From an uncultured virus (IMG/VR IMGVR_UViG_3300005294_000012) (lineage: Duplodnaviria; Heunggongvirae; Uroviricota; Caudoviricetes), in IMG/VR virus record IMGVR_UViG_3300005294_000012: a stretch of 64,000 nucleotides of DNA. The stretch is one strand, 5' to 3'. The notes beneath the pieces were generated by a model, which worked only from the letters and a program-made list of their open reading frames with translations, ran no database searches and was not told the origin of the DNA. Positions 10,257 to 20,579 of this stretch are shown here, piece by piece; positions within the stretch are counted from its first letter, which is position 1, and every line of letters starts with the position of its first letter. Made by a program: the position numbers and the translations under genes.

Positions 10257-11401
10257 TGTCTGAGCCGCAATGGAAGAACTTCTCGGCAGTCTTCTCCATG
10301 CCGACCCCGCAGGGTTACAACGCTGCGAACGACATCATCACCCAGACGATCGACGGGTTTGACCTCAACAACATCTGGAACGAGTTCCAGCAGGCTGTTG
10401 CCCTGGTCAACGCTCAGCGCCAGGTCTTCATCGACCTGCTGACATTCCCCGTCACCGATCTGATCGAGCGCGTGCCGCAGATCCAGTACGCGTCCTTCGA
10501 GAAGGCGTCCGAGTACGGCGAGCCTCGCGGCATCCGTCCGGCCGGGGCGTTCTTCAACCTGGGTTACGACTTCGACTGGTACGACATCGGAGCTCGTTTC
10601 ACCTGGAAGTTCCTGGCCGATGCGCCGGCGAACCAGATCGAAGCGATCAACTCGCAGGTGCTGGAGGCTGACAACAACCTCCTGTTCACCAATGTGATGA
10701 AGGCGGTGTTCAACAACGTCAACCGCACGGCGGACATCAATGGCCAGCTGGTCAGCGTCTACCCGCTGTACAACGCGGATGGCACGATTCCTCCGCCTTA
10801 CAAGACGAACACCTTCCTGGGCACCGAGACGCACTACATCACCTCGGGCAATGCCACTGTGCAGCATGACGACCTCACCGATATGTACGAGAAGCTGCGG
10901 GCCAAGGGCTACTCGACTGAGAACGGGGTCAAGCACGTTCTGTTCGTCAACCGTCAACAGGGCAACACCATCCGCACGTTCCGTGTGGCGTCCGGTGCGA
11001 CCTACGACTTCATCCCATCCGTAGGCACGCCGGCCAGCTACCTGCCGATCGACGTGGTTCTGTTCGGTGGCTCACAGCCGCAGAACACCTACGCAGGGTT
11101 GGCAGCTATCGGCTCCTACGGGCCGTGGCTGATCGTGGAAGACGACTTCATCCCCGCCGGCTACATGCTGGGCATCGGGACTGGTGGCCGTGCGAACCTA
11201 CGGAACCTCGTAGGCCTGCGCGAGCACATCAACCCGCAGCTGCGTGGCCTGCGGCTCGTCAAGGGCGCCGTGCCCGACTACCCGCTGATCGACAGCTATT
11301 ACCAGCGGGGCTTCGGAACCGGTGTTCGTCAGCGTGGCGGTGGAGTCGTCATGCAGGTCACCGCATCCGGCACCTACACCATTCCGGCGGCGTACGTCTA
11401 A
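10256..11401 (+). CDS. Major capsid protein
   Basis: 381 aa, position, strong codon bias, FEKASEYGEP motif. Confidence 0.9.
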   Translation: MSEPQWKNFSAVFSMPTPQGYNAANDIITQTIDGFDLNNIWNEFQQAVALVNAQRQVFIDLLTFPVTDLIERVPQIQYASFEKASEYGEPRGIRPAGAFFNLGYDFDWYDIGARFTWKFLADAPANQIEAINSQVLEADNNLLFTNVMKAVFNNVNRTADINGQLVSVYPLYNADGTIPPPYKTNTFLGTETHYITSGNATVQHDDLTDMYEKLRAKGYSTENGVKHVLFVNRQQGNTIRTFRVASGATYDFIPSVGTPASYLPIDVVLFGGSQPQNTYAGLAAIGSYGPWLIVEDDFIPAGYMLGIGTGGRANLRNLVGLREHINPQLRGLRLVKGAVPDYPLIDSYYQRGFGTGVRQRGGGVVMQVTASGTYTIPAAYV

Positions 11402-11416
11402 CCGCGCGGGGGAGCT

Positions 11417-11462
11417 GAAGGGCTCGACTGATCCGTGTGGCCTCACCTCAGTCGAGCCCTTC
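11417..11462 (+). terminator. Stem-loop after the capsid gene
   Basis: 15-bp perfect inverted repeat GAAGGGCTCGACTGA/TCAGTCGAGCCCTTC. Confidence 0.75.
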
Positions 11463-11490
11463 TCCCAAGAATCACTGGAGGAGATGAACA

Positions 11491-11874
11491 ATGGCACGTC
11501 AGATTGATGTCGATAACCTCGACGTCGACCAGGTCGCCTACATTCGTCAGCGCCCGTGGCTGATCGCCGAAGCCATCCAACTCGGTGTCGATGACATCGA
11601 GGAGCGGTTGGCCGAGGTAGAAGCCAAGGCGGCGGCGGATGAGCAGAAGGCTGCCGAGTCGGGCGAGTACGACGACCTCAACATCAAGGCCCTCCGGGAG
11701 CTCGCGGTCAGCCGTCAGCTCGACAAGAGCGGCAACAAGGCTGAGCTGATCCAACGGCTCACTGAAGAGGACCAGCGGCTCGAGGCGCAGCTGAAGCGCG
11801 CCGAGGCCGTATCGATCAACGAGAACGCTGGCGACAGTGTTCTGGGAGATGAGCACCCGGTACCGGGTCAGTAG
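11491..11874 (+). CDS. SAP/HeH-motif protein
   Basis: YDDLNIKALRELAVSRQLDKSGNKAELIQRL. Confidence 0.75.
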   Translation: MARQIDVDNLDVDQVAYIRQRPWLIAEAIQLGVDDIEERLAEVEAKAAADEQKAAESGEYDDLNIKALRELAVSRQLDKSGNKAELIQRLTEEDQRLEAQLKRAEAVSINENAGDSVLGDEHPVPGQ

Positions 11875-11883
11875 GACAGAACC

Positions 11884-12192
11884 ATGGCATCGCAAGAGGA
11901 CTTGAAGAAGCTCAAGCGGCTGGCTCCCGAGGGAGACTTCACCGACGCCGAGCTGGGCGTCCTCATCGATGCTCGGGGGATCAACGGAGCTGCGGCCGAG
12001 CTATGGGGTGCCCAGGCATCGGCCACAGCCTCGTTGGTAGACATCACCGAGAGCGGCTCCAGCAGGAAGAACAGCCAGGCCCATGACAAGGCCAAGGAGA
12101 TGCTGGAGTACTACAGCGGCATCTACGCTGCTGAGCAGGAGGCAGCGCAGCTCGGCGGGCGTAGGGCCCGGTCCGGGCTCATGACTCGATGA
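11884..12192 (+). CDS. Head-tail adaptor
   Basis: Size and position; LVDITESGSSRKNSQ motif. Confidence 0.7.
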   Translation: MASQEDLKKLKRLAPEGDFTDAELGVLIDARGINGAAAELWGAQASATASLVDITESGSSRKNSQAHDKAKEMLEYYSGIYAAEQEAAQLGGRRARSGLMTR

Positions 12193-12566
12193 CTGAGTAC
12201 GAACTCAACATCGCGAACACCCAAGCCTTCATCGATGCCGACCCATCGACTGTCACGATCAAGCGCGACACCTACATCTCTGACGGCGCCGGCGGCAAGA
12301 AGCGCAACGGGACCGTGGTCAATGTTTTCGTCGGCCAGGTCCGGATGGTCCCGCAGGGAGCCGACAACGCCACCTCGAACCCGGTCACGCAGACCACCAA
12401 CGGCGAGCTGGACCGGCCCGACTTCGTACTGCTCGCCATGCCTGGTCCGGTGCTGCAGCGCAAGGACTACTTCGACTACGCCGGCGAAACCTATGAGGTG
12501 TTCAGCATCCGCCGGTCCCCGGCCTATGAGGTCAAGGCCGACGTCAGGGTTCGAGAGGATCTCTGA
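12189..12566 (+). CDS. Head-tail stopper
   Basis: DGAGG motif, D.F...GETYEV; synteny. Confidence 0.7.
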   Translation: MTEYELNIANTQAFIDADPSTVTIKRDTYISDGAGGKKRNGTVVNVFVGQVRMVPQGADNATSNPVTQTTNGELDRPDFVLLAMPGPVLQRKDYFDYAGETYEVFSIRRSPAYEVKADVRVREDL

Positions 12567-12952
12567 TGGGCCGGGGCGACTTCGCGATCGACGTCGCTGG
12601 GCAGTTCTGCCAGATCATCTGGAAGGACGGGCTCAGCTCGAACCTGCGGAACGGTCCGGCCAAGGTGAAACGCGCGGCCATGATCACAGCACAGCGGATG
12701 GCGCCCGAGGTCGAGGCCTACATGAAGAACAACGCGCCATGGACCGACCGCACCGGCAATGCTCGCAACGGCCTGGCAGCGCACGCCTACCAGGAGGGGG
12801 ACGAGGTCGGCATCCTGCTGTACCACCAGGTCTCCTACGGGATCTGGCTCGAGGTCGCCAACGGCGGCAAATACGCGATCATCCAGCCGACCATTGACAC
12901 GATGGGTCCCAGGGTGATGCAGCAGTACAACAACCTGCTGGAGCGAATATGA
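12566..12952 (+). CDS. HK97 gp10-like neck protein
   Basis: APWTDRTGNARNGL and YGIWLE motifs. Confidence 0.8.
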   Translation: MGRGDFAIDVAGQFCQIIWKDGLSSNLRNGPAKVKRAAMITAQRMAPEVEAYMKNNAPWTDRTGNARNGLAAHAYQEGDEVGILLYHQVSYGIWLEVANGGKYAIIQPTIDTMGPRVMQQYNNLLERI

Positions 12953-13332
12953 GGGGTCTAGTCCAAACGATCTTGTCCGAGGTCGACCCGACCGTCTGGC
13001 TGCCGTCCCGGATCTACCAGGGCGGCAACGTCGATGATCAGCCGGACTTCCCGTTCATCGTGCATCGCTACCGCGCCGGCATCCCGAGCCCGTCCGGTCG
13101 CAGCGTGCCGGGACTGGAGGTCTGGTTCTACGACGAGCCCGGATCGTACCTGCGCATCGACAAAGCGCTCCGAGACTTCCGCAACTATTTGGTCGCGGTC
13201 GCACATCGTGTCGCCGGGTCTGAGCACATCGCTCAGATAGATTGGACCGGCGACTCGCCTGATCTTCCCGCCGAAGAGTACGGCGGCATCACAAGATCAG
13301 CATCGTTCAATCTCATAGGGGGAAGTTCCTGA
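12949..13332 (+). CDS. Tail terminator
   Basis: PDFPFIV motif; synteny. Confidence 0.6.
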   Translation: MRGLVQTILSEVDPTVWLPSRIYQGGNVDDQPDFPFIVHRYRAGIPSPSGRSVPGLEVWFYDEPGSYLRIDKALRDFRNYLVAVAHRVAGSEHIAQIDWTGDSPDLPAEEYGGITRSASFNLIGGSS

Positions 13333-13580
13333 TGGCTAAGACTGTCAAGGTCGAGTTCGTTGGGTCCGGGGCCGAGGTCACCGACCGTTTGCTTACCAAG
13401 AAGCACCTGTCGGAAGACCAGGGCGTCGTGGTCGAGCGTGATCTTCGTTGGAACCGGGGCACCATCGAGGTGATCGAGAACCCGGACGAGACGCTGCTGC
13501 ACTACTTCAAGGTGCACAACGACGAGTTCAAGGTCACCGAGCTGAAGAGCGACGCGGCCTCCGAAAAGCCCGCTGGCTGA
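13332..13580 (+). CDS. Hypothetical protein
   Basis: Coupled ORF with phage-like codon usage. Confidence 0.65.
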   Translation: MAKTVKVEFVGSGAEVTDRLLTKKHLSEDQGVVVERDLRWNRGTIEVIENPDETLLHYFKVHNDEFKVTELKSDAASEKPAG

Positions 13581-13601
13581 TCATCAGCCCATAAGATTCT
13601 C

Positions 13602-13793
13602 ATGCAAGATGTCCGCTGCGATAACGACATCCTGTTCGGTTACCTGGGGGATGGCTTCCTCGAGGTGAAGTGCAGGTCGCATCGCTGCGGAGCCGGGGTG
13701 GGCAGGGTAGTCATTCACCGTTTCCACTCCATCACTGGTGTCCTCCTGGAGACACGCAAGTTCAAGGACCCAGTGACGCGAAAGGGGGAGTAG
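13602..13793 (+). CDS. Com-like zinc-ribbon protein
   Basis: DVRC...LEVKCRSHRCG resembles the Mu Com pattern. Confidence 0.55.
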   Translation: MQDVRCDNDILFGYLGDGFLEVKCRSHRCGAGVGRVVIHRFHSITGVLLETRKFKDPVTRKGE

Positions 13794-13796
13794 TCA

Positions 13797-14342
13797 ATGG
13801 CGCTCGCCGAGACACTTCCGTACGGAATTCGCGACATCAAGCTCGCGACGGTCTCCTCAACAGGAGTCGTCGGGGGCACTACTGTCGATCTCCCAAACGC
13901 CCGAACCCTCAGCTTTGAAGAGTCTGAGGACTTCGAGGAGTTGTGGGGAGATGACAAGAAAGTCGCGACCAAGGGTGCTGGTTCTGTCATCGAGTGGGAA
14001 CTTGAGGCTGGCGGCATAAGCCTGGAGGCATTGGCCATCATTGCTGGTGGCACAGTGACCAGCTCCGGGACTACTCCGAACCAGGTCAAGACCTACAAGA
14101 AGCTGGCTACTGATGCCCGTCCTGACTTCAAGATCGAGGGCCAGGCCTACTCAGAGAGCGGTGGCGACGTCCACTGCATCATCTGGCGGGCCAAGCTCAC
14201 CGACAAGGTCAGCGGCGAGTTCAGCCAAGGCCAGTTCTTCTTGACGCAGGCGTCCGGAGAGGGCTTGCCCTCCAAGACGGCCACGCACATCGATGAGACC
14301 TACAACCTCATCCAGAACGAGACGGTTGCTGCGATCCCGTAG
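13797..14342 (+). CDS. Major tail protein
   Basis: LPYGIRDIK, EELWGDD motifs; upstream of chaperone and tape measure. Confidence 0.85.
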   Translation: MALAETLPYGIRDIKLATVSSTGVVGGTTVDLPNARTLSFEESEDFEELWGDDKKVATKGAGSVIEWELEAGGISLEALAIIAGGTVTSSGTTPNQVKTYKKLATDARPDFKIEGQAYSESGGDVHCIIWRAKLTDKVSGEFSQGQFFLTQASGEGLPSKTATHIDETYNLIQNETVAAIP

Positions 14343-14372
14343 TAGCCACAACCGAAGCAAAGGAGCACATGG

Positions 14373-14921
14373 ATGCCAGCTTCAACAACCACCCGCAGCG
14401 GGAATCCCGCCAAGCGGGCGGCAGCGAAGAAAGCGCCGGCGGATCGGCAGAAGCCGCTGGTCGTCTCCAACTGGGTCGACGAGGATGACACAGAGCTGCT
14501 GGAGTTTCCCAGTGGCAAGGTCGCCAAGATCGAACGGGTCCAGCTGACCACCCTGATCGCCGAAGGTCTCCTCGGAGACTCGCTGTCAGCTATCGCCTCG
14601 CAGGCTGTTGAGACCGGCCAGGGCATGGACACCGAGGCCATCAAGAAGATGGGCGAGGATCCGACCAAGGTCGCAGAGGCGCTCGACGCGTTCGACCGGA
14701 TCGCGGTCAAGTGCTTCGTAACTCCCGAGGTCCTCTACTACAGGGACGACGATGGCAAAACCATCCCCAAGTCCGAGCGGCAGCCGGGGGCCCTGTACAG
14801 CGACAAGATCGACATCAACGACAAGGTGTTCCTCTTCCAGGTGATCTCTGGAGGGTCACGCGATCTGCAGCGATTTCGTCAGCAGCTCGCGGAATCTGTG
14901 GCACGCGTATCAACTAGCTAA
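14373..14921 (+). CDS. Tail assembly chaperone (G)
   Basis: Between major tail and tape measure genes. Confidence 0.8.
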   Translation: MPASTTTRSGNPAKRAAAKKAPADRQKPLVVSNWVDEDDTELLEFPSGKVAKIERVQLTTLIAEGLLGDSLSAIASQAVETGQGMDTEAIKKMGEDPTKVAEALDAFDRIAVKCFVTPEVLYYRDDDGKTIPKSERQPGALYSDKIDINDKVFLFQVISGGSRDLQRFRQQLAESVARVSTS

Positions 14922-15165
14922 AGACCTACGATGCCGTCCGAGTGAGCTGTACGGCATCACCGAAACAGTGCAGGCGTTCTGTTTCGATCGAGCGGTGGTG
15001 ATCTTCGGATCGGCGCTATCGCACGAGCTGGAAAACGCCAAGGGCAAGACCGAAAAAGCACAAGAGGCGAGTCGAAGAAGGATCCTCCGCAGGTGGATTC
15101 CCGAGGCCACCGACTCAACCGGGCCAAAGAAGAGATTCCGCGACCCGAATGAGGTAGTGGTCTAG
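14875..15165 (+). CDS. Tail assembly chaperone T segment, probably reached by +1 frameshift
   Basis: +1 frame open from 14845: FVSSSRNLWHAYQLAKDLRCRPSELYGI...AFCFDRAV. Confidence 0.65.
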   Translation, partial: FVSSSRNLWHAYQLAKDLRCRPSELYGITETVQAFCFDRAVVIFGSALSHELENAKGKTEKAQEASRRRILRRWIPEATDSTGPKKRFRDPNEVVV

Positions 15166-15174
15166 GGGGAAGCA

Positions 15175-18100
15175 GTGGGCCAGGTCAACCTGGGCACCGC
15201 GAGCGGCCGGATCGTCATCGACGGTAGCGGCGCCAAGTCTGGCTTTGACGTTGCCACATCCGCCGCGAACGCCTTTTTCAACGTCGTCGCCGACCGGGTC
15301 CACGAGATCGATCGGATCGGCACTCAGCTCACCAAGATCGGCGCGGTAGCCGCCGGCGGCTTCGGTCTGGCCATCAACACAGCTGCCAATTTCGAGCAGC
15401 GGCTGTCCGCCATCCAGGCCGTCTCAGGGGCCACCAGCGACCAGATGGCGCAGGTGTCCAAGACCGCCCTACGACTGGGCGCAGACACCAAGTTCTCGGC
15501 CGGTGAGGCTGCCAACGCCATCGAGGAGCTGGTCAAGGCCGGCATCTCGGTGCAGGACGCCCTGAACGGCGCAGCTGACGCCACCACGGCCTTAGCAGCC
15601 GCCGGCGAGATCGACCTGCCACGGGCAGCCGAGATCTCGGCGAACGCAATGAACGTGTTCAACCTGGCAGCTGCCGACATGCCGCACGTGGCCGACCTGA
15701 TCGCCGGCGCAGCGAACGCCAGCGCGATCGACGTCGAGCAGTTCGCCCAGTCCCTACAGGCCAGCGGTGCTGCGGCGAACCTGGCTGGCTTCAAATTCGA
15801 TGATCTTTCCCAGGCCATCGCGCTGATGGGCAACGCCGGCATCAAGGGCTCCGACGCCGGCACCTCGCTCAAGACGATGCTGCTGAACCTCAACCCTGTC
15901 ACGGACAAGCAGAAGGGGTTGATGGAGGACCTTGGTCTGATCACCAAGGAGGCGGGCAACCGGTTCTTCGACGCCGAGGGCAACGTCAAATCCTTCGCCG
16001 ACGTGGCGCAGGTGCTGCAGGACTCCCTGAAGGGCCAGACCAAGCAGCAGAAGCTGGCCACCCTGGAGACCTTGTTCGGCTCCGACGCGATCCGGGCCGC
16101 AGCTGTCGTCTCCGAGGCCGGCGCCCAGGGCTTCAACGACATGGCCACGGCCATGGGCAAGGTCACCGCAGCTGGGGTGGCAGCGACCCGAATGGACAAC
16201 CTGCGCGGCTCGCTCGAGCAGCTCAAGGGCTCGCTGGAGACCGCAGGAATCATCATCGGCACCGTCTTTCTGCCGGCACTGAAGCGAATCGTCGACTTCA
16301 TAACCCGCGTGGTCAACGTCTTCAACAACGCCCCCGAGGGGGTTCAGAAGTTCCTGACCGTAGTGGTGGCGCTAGGGGGTGGTCTGTCGCTGCTGACCGG
16401 CATTGCGATCAAGCTCCTGTTCGTCCTGATCCCGCTACTGGCCAAATTTCTGGGGTTCGCTGCTCTCAAAAGCATCTTCTCGATTTTCACTGCTGGCTTT
16501 GGTGCTCTCCGTGGCGGAGCCGGCATCCTCGGGGCGCTCAGCGTCGCCGGCGGGCGCGCGGCAGTCGTCTTCACCCGGATCGGCAAGGTCGGCAAGTTCC
16601 TCTTCGGCAGCCTCACCAAGATCCTGGGCGTACTCCGCTTCCTACGTGTGGCTATCCCGTTCGCCTTCGGCCCGTGGGGAGCGTTGATCGCCGGGATCAT
16701 CTCCCTACTGGTGATCTTGTTCAAGAAATTCCAGCCCTTCCACGACCTGGTGCTCCGGGTGGGCGATGCCATCAAGACCGGATTCGGCAAGGCGGTGCAG
16801 TTCGTCCAGGACGCCATCGCCCAGATCGTGGCCGGATTCCAGGGGCTCGAGGGCAGCGGGCCGGCGGCGGTGTTCGCCGAGCTCGGGGCTGGCGCGCGGA
16901 TCCTGTGGGAAGCCCTGAAGGAGCTAGCGGCTGTCTTCCAGGCGCAAGTAATGCCTGTTTTGCGGGAAGCCGGCGGACAAATTCTCTCGGCACTAGGGGG
17001 TGCCTTCAAGGAAATCTCCGGTTCCGTGCAAGACGCGGCACCGGCCTTCCGCCAGCTGGTCTCAACGCTCAAGCCTTTAGTGGCAGCCCTTGCCCCGGTA
17101 GTGGCCGCAATTCTGAAATTCCAGCTGGCCATCGTCAAGGTGGCAGTGATCCTGGTCGGGGTCCTGCTGTTCGCCTTGATCAAGATCGCCACCTTCGTCG
17201 CCGGCAAGCTGCTGCCCCCGTTCATCCGGTTCGCCACCTGGCTGGTAACCGGGCTTATCGGCGTACTCGGACCGGTGGTCGGTTTCTTCGTCCAGGTCGC
17301 TGCGGCCATCGCATCCTTCGTCGCCGGCGTGGTCGGATTCTTCACCGGGGCAGAGGCGGCAGCTGGCAGCGGAGCAGCCAAAATCCAGGGCGTCCTATCC
17401 GGGATAGCTGCTTTCTTCGTCGGCATCTGGAACGCGGTCAAGGCCGTCGTTATCGGGGCCTGGACGGCCATCTGGACCTTCATCACCACGGCGATCAACA
17501 CCGTAAAGACGATCATCACCACCGGACTGAACTTCATAAAGGGGCTATGGACCGCTTTCTGGGGTAGCCAGCTCGGACAGCTGGTGCTCAACGCCCTCGG
17601 GCTGATCGGCGACATCATCAAGCTGGCCCTGGCAGCCATCAAATTCGTCTTCCTAGCCTGGATCGCTGGAGTAAAGGCCAGCTGGAACATTTTCTGGACC
17701 GGGCTGACTGCCATCGTGAGCGCCGTCTGGAACGGCATCAAGGCCGTAGTGCTGGCCGGTATCGCCGTCGTAAAGGCAGCCTTCATCGCCGGGTGGAACG
17801 CGGTTCGGGCGGCGACAGCTGCCGTGCTGGCGCCCATCGTCGCCTTTGTGGCCGGCAGAATCCGGGCAATCCGGGCTGTGGTGTTGGCCGTTTGGAATGC
17901 GATCAAGGCCGCTACTGCTGCCGCCTGGGCGGTGATCCGGGCCAGAATCGTCACCCCGATCGCTGCCGCAGCTGCTGCCGTGTACGCGCGGACCGCCGGC
18001 ATCCGTGCCCGGGTATCGGCGGCGTGGAACGCAGTCAAGTCAGCCACCGTCGCCGCCTGGAACCGGGTGGTCTCAGCGATTAAGACAGCGGTGGACAAGG

Positions 18101-18600
18101 CAGTTGCCGTGGCTCGAGGGATCAAGGACCGGATCGTCGGATTCTTCTCCGGGGCAGCGAGCTGGCTCTACAACGCCGGCAAAGACATCATCCAAGGCTT
18201 GATCAACGGAATCGACTCCATGATCGATTCGGCTCGAGCCAAGCTGCAGCACCTGACCAGCCTGATTCCGAAGAGCAAGGGCCCGCCGGCCAAGGACAAG
18301 GTGCTGCTGTACGACAACGGCAAGCTGATCATGGAAGGTCTGATCCGGGGTATCACCGACCAGTTCTCACCGTTCCAGGACACCCTGAAAGGCCTGACGA
18401 CATCCATCCCGGTGACGGCGATGTCCTCGGTAACGAGCAACGGAATTCCTAAGGTTGTCGTGCCACCGCCCAAGGCGCCGCAGTTCCCGAGCAAGTTGAC
18501 GCTGTCGGTCGGTGGCCGCGAGTTCGACGCCTACGTGGTCGAGAAGGCTGACGGGGTGCTCGGGACTGCTGCCGCCAAGATCGGCAGGGGGAGGAAGTAA
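15175..18600 (+). CDS. Tape measure protein
   Basis: 1141 aa; TP901-type core (TKFSAGEAA, GIKGSDAGTSLK), hydrophobic segments, periodic Trp repeats. Confidence 0.95.
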   Translation: MGQVNLGTASGRIVIDGSGAKSGFDVATSAANAFFNVVADRVHEIDRIGTQLTKIGAVAAGGFGLAINTAANFEQRLSAIQAVSGATSDQMAQVSKTALRLGADTKFSAGEAANAIEELVKAGISVQDALNGAADATTALAAAGEIDLPRAAEISANAMNVFNLAAADMPHVADLIAGAANASAIDVEQFAQSLQASGAAANLAGFKFDDLSQAIALMGNAGIKGSDAGTSLKTMLLNLNPVTDKQKGLMEDLGLITKEAGNRFFDAEGNVKSFADVAQVLQDSLKGQTKQQKLATLETLFGSDAIRAAAVVSEAGAQGFNDMATAMGKVTAAGVAATRMDNLRGSLEQLKGSLETAGIIIGTVFLPALKRIVDFITRVVNVFNNAPEGVQKFLTVVVALGGGLSLLTGIAIKLLFVLIPLLAKFLGFAALKSIFSIFTAGFGALRGGAGILGALSVAGGRAAVVFTRIGKVGKFLFGSLTKILGVLRFLRVAIPFAFGPWGALIAGIISLLVILFKKFQPFHDLVLRVGDAIKTGFGKAVQFVQDAIAQIVAGFQGLEGSGPAAVFAELGAGARILWEALKELAAVFQAQVMPVLREAGGQILSALGGAFKEISGSVQDAAPAFRQLVSTLKPLVAALAPVVAAILKFQLAIVKVAVILVGVLLFALIKIATFVAGKLLPPFIRFATWLVTGLIGVLGPVVGFFVQVAAAIASFVAGVVGFFTGAEAAAGSGAAKIQGVLSGIAAFFVGIWNAVKAVVIGAWTAIWTFITTAINTVKTIITTGLNFIKGLWTAFWGSQLGQLVLNALGLIGDIIKLALAAIKFVFLAWIAGVKASWNIFWTGLTAIVSAVWNGIKAVVLAGIAVVKAAFIAGWNAVRAATAAVLAPIVAFVAGRIRAIRAVVLAVWNAIKAATAAAWAVIRARIVTPIAAAAAAVYARTAGIRARVSAAWNAVKSATVAAWNRVVSAIKTAVDKAVAVARGIKDRIVGFFSGAASWLYNAGKDIIQGLINGIDSMIDSARAKLQHLTSLIPKSKGPPAKDKVLLYDNGKLIMEGLIRGITDQFSPFQDTLKGLTTSIPVTAMSSVTSNGIPKVVVPPPKAPQFPSKLTLSVGGREFDAYVVEKADGVLGTAAAKIGRGRK

Positions 18601-20579
18601 TGGCGGTACTGACCGACACGTCTGCCGACGGTGCACTGGACGCTCGCTACCCCAACGACCGGCGCGGGGTGTTCCTGCGTGCGCAGTTCCCGGAGAAGTA
18701 CTGGTTCACCAACGACTTCGAGGTGGTGGCCACCCCGGTCACCCACAATGCCAACGGCATCTCCGGAGCCTTCGCCTGGAAGCCTGTCGCCACCAAGGGG
18801 TTGCACCAGGTCACCTACGACGCTCCAGGATCCTCAGCCACGGAGCTCCAGTGGTGCGGGTGTGTGTTCAAGTCCAACGGCACAGCAGTCACCGTCGACA
18901 CTGCCACGGTCGCTCAGGTGACCTCCACAACCGCTCTGGGCGGCGCTGCGACGGCTGCCTTCAACACCTCGGCCAACACGCTGATCGCGGTCCTGATCAG
19001 TTATGACGCTGCCACAGCGGATGCTTCCGGGGACAAGGTGACGGTGACCAACAACAAGAGCCTCACCGTGGTCAAGGTGGTCGAGCGCGGGCATAAAGAG
19101 GCCGGGTCCATCGACGGCGGATCCGCGATCGCCTACATGTACTCTTCCGGGGCTCAGACCGGCATGACGGTCACGGTCACGTTGACCGGTGTCAACGCCT
19201 CCGACGACAACGTCAACTTCAAGGTGCTGCTGCTCGGCAACGTCGACCCCACCACCCCTCTCGGCGGCACCGCCCAAGAGGGTTTCTCCATCGCCAACGC
19301 AGCGCTGATGAGCGCGCTCTCCAGCGTCTCTCAGGGCCTCGCAGTCTGGGTCGGCACTGACAACCAGGGACTGGGCGCGCCAACCATCACAGAGGGCGCC
19401 TGGACGGTCTCCAGCGGCACTGGGACCTTGACCCTCAACACCACCAGCCCCCTGTCGGGAACGCGCGATCTGAAGCTCGCCTGGACCTCCGCAGGCACAC
19501 AGGCGGTGAAGCGCACCTTGAGCACTGCCGAGCAAATTCCTGGCGGTCGGATGATCCGGGTTTACTTCTCGATCCTGACCAACGATCCGCAAGTGGTAAC
19601 GCCGGCGCCCAAGGGTCAGACCGACTACTGGTCGCTGCGGATCAAGGCCTACGACAAGACCGGCAAGTACACCGACCAGCAGGTTCTGCCGCGCCCCGGC
19701 AATGGCACGACCCGGACCGACTGGTTCTGCCAGTTCTGGCTGGCCTCGGACAAGGTGATGGGAGCGATCGAGTTCCTGCTGGACAACACCACGACCAGCA
19801 AGCAGGTGCAGATCGACAACGTCCGGATTATCGCCCCGTCACCTCCCAAGGTGCGGTTCATCAGGAAGACCGACGGCGGCTATGTCCGGGGCGGTAACCC
19901 TGCGGAAGCGATCCAGGGGGTTGCGTACGCCTTCGACGACGAGCTGGTGCCCGGTCAGCTGACGCTCTGGACGGCACAGCCGGTCTTTGATACCGAGTGG
20001 AAGCAACCGGTCCCGCTGTACTTCGGGGCTGAGACCGGCAGCGTCGATTTCACCATCGAGAACCGTGACCTCACCCTGCTGCCGTCGCATCTGGTCAAGT
20101 CGGTCGAGACCCCGGGACTGCTGCTGTACCTGGCGGTCAACCAGAAAGAGTTCGGTCGGAGCCGCCAGGCGTCGTTCGTCAACAAGCAGACCGACGGCAA
20201 GCCCGCCGGCGGTATCTCGAGCGCGTACTCGGCGTCGGGGAACTACCAGCTGATCACCCAGACGATCCAGGAGAAGAACGACCTGGAGGCGATCCTGGAT
20301 GAGGCGGTGCTCTATATCCAGCCTCCTGGCCAGTACAACCGCCGGCCGTTCTACGCCACCGTCACCGCCTATTCGGTCAAGGACGTCGGCAAGATGAGCG
20401 ACGTCGAGAAGATCTTCGTCATCGACTTCCAGGAGGTTGAGCGGCCCGACACCTTCGGCCAGCCGAACTACATTCCGCTGCGGGACTATGCCTGGCTGGC
20501 CGGTCAGTACACCACCTATGCCGACTCGGGGCTGACCTCCCAGACTTATGACCAGCTCACCTTCTCGGCGGTCACCTGA
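18600..20579 (+). CDS. Distal tail-like protein with large beta-rich insertion
   Basis: First gene after the tape measure; Thr-rich central part followed by YVRGGNP...FQEVERP C-terminus. Confidence 0.7.
   Translation: MAVLTDTSADGALDARYPNDRRGVFLRAQFPEKYWFTNDFEVVATPVTHNANGISGAFAWKPVATKGLHQVTYDAPGSSATELQWCGCVFKSNGTAVTVDTATVAQVTSTTALGGAATAAFNTSANTLIAVLISYDAATADASGDKVTVTNNKSLTVVKVVERGHKEAGSIDGGSAIAYMYSSGAQTGMTVTVTLTGVNASDDNVNFKVLLLGNVDPTTPLGGTAQEGFSIANAALMSALSSVSQGLAVWVGTDNQGLGAPTITEGAWTVSSGTGTLTLNTTSPLSGTRDLKLAWTSAGTQAVKRTLSTAEQIPGGRMIRVYFSILTNDPQVVTPAPKGQTDYWSLRIKAYDKTGKYTDQQVLPRPGNGTTRTDWFCQFWLASDKVMGAIEFLLDNTTTSKQVQIDNVRIIAPSPPKVRFIRKTDGGYVRGGNPAEAIQGVAYAFDDELVPGQLTLWTAQPVFDTEWKQPVPLYFGAETGSVDFTIENRDLTLLPSHLVKSVETPGLLLYLAVNQKEFGRSRQASFVNKQTDGKPAGGISSAYSASGNYQLITQTIQEKNDLEAILDEAVLYIQPPGQYNRRPFYATVTAYSVKDVGKMSDVEKIFVIDFQEVERPDTFGQPNYIPLRDYAWLAGQYTTYADSGLTSQTYDQLTFSAVT

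Noticed and set aside
16344..18125. Long minus-strand ORFs (also 32475-34046, 39302-40903, 52740-54287)
   Set aside because: Antisense shadows of well-supported + strand genes, expected at high GC
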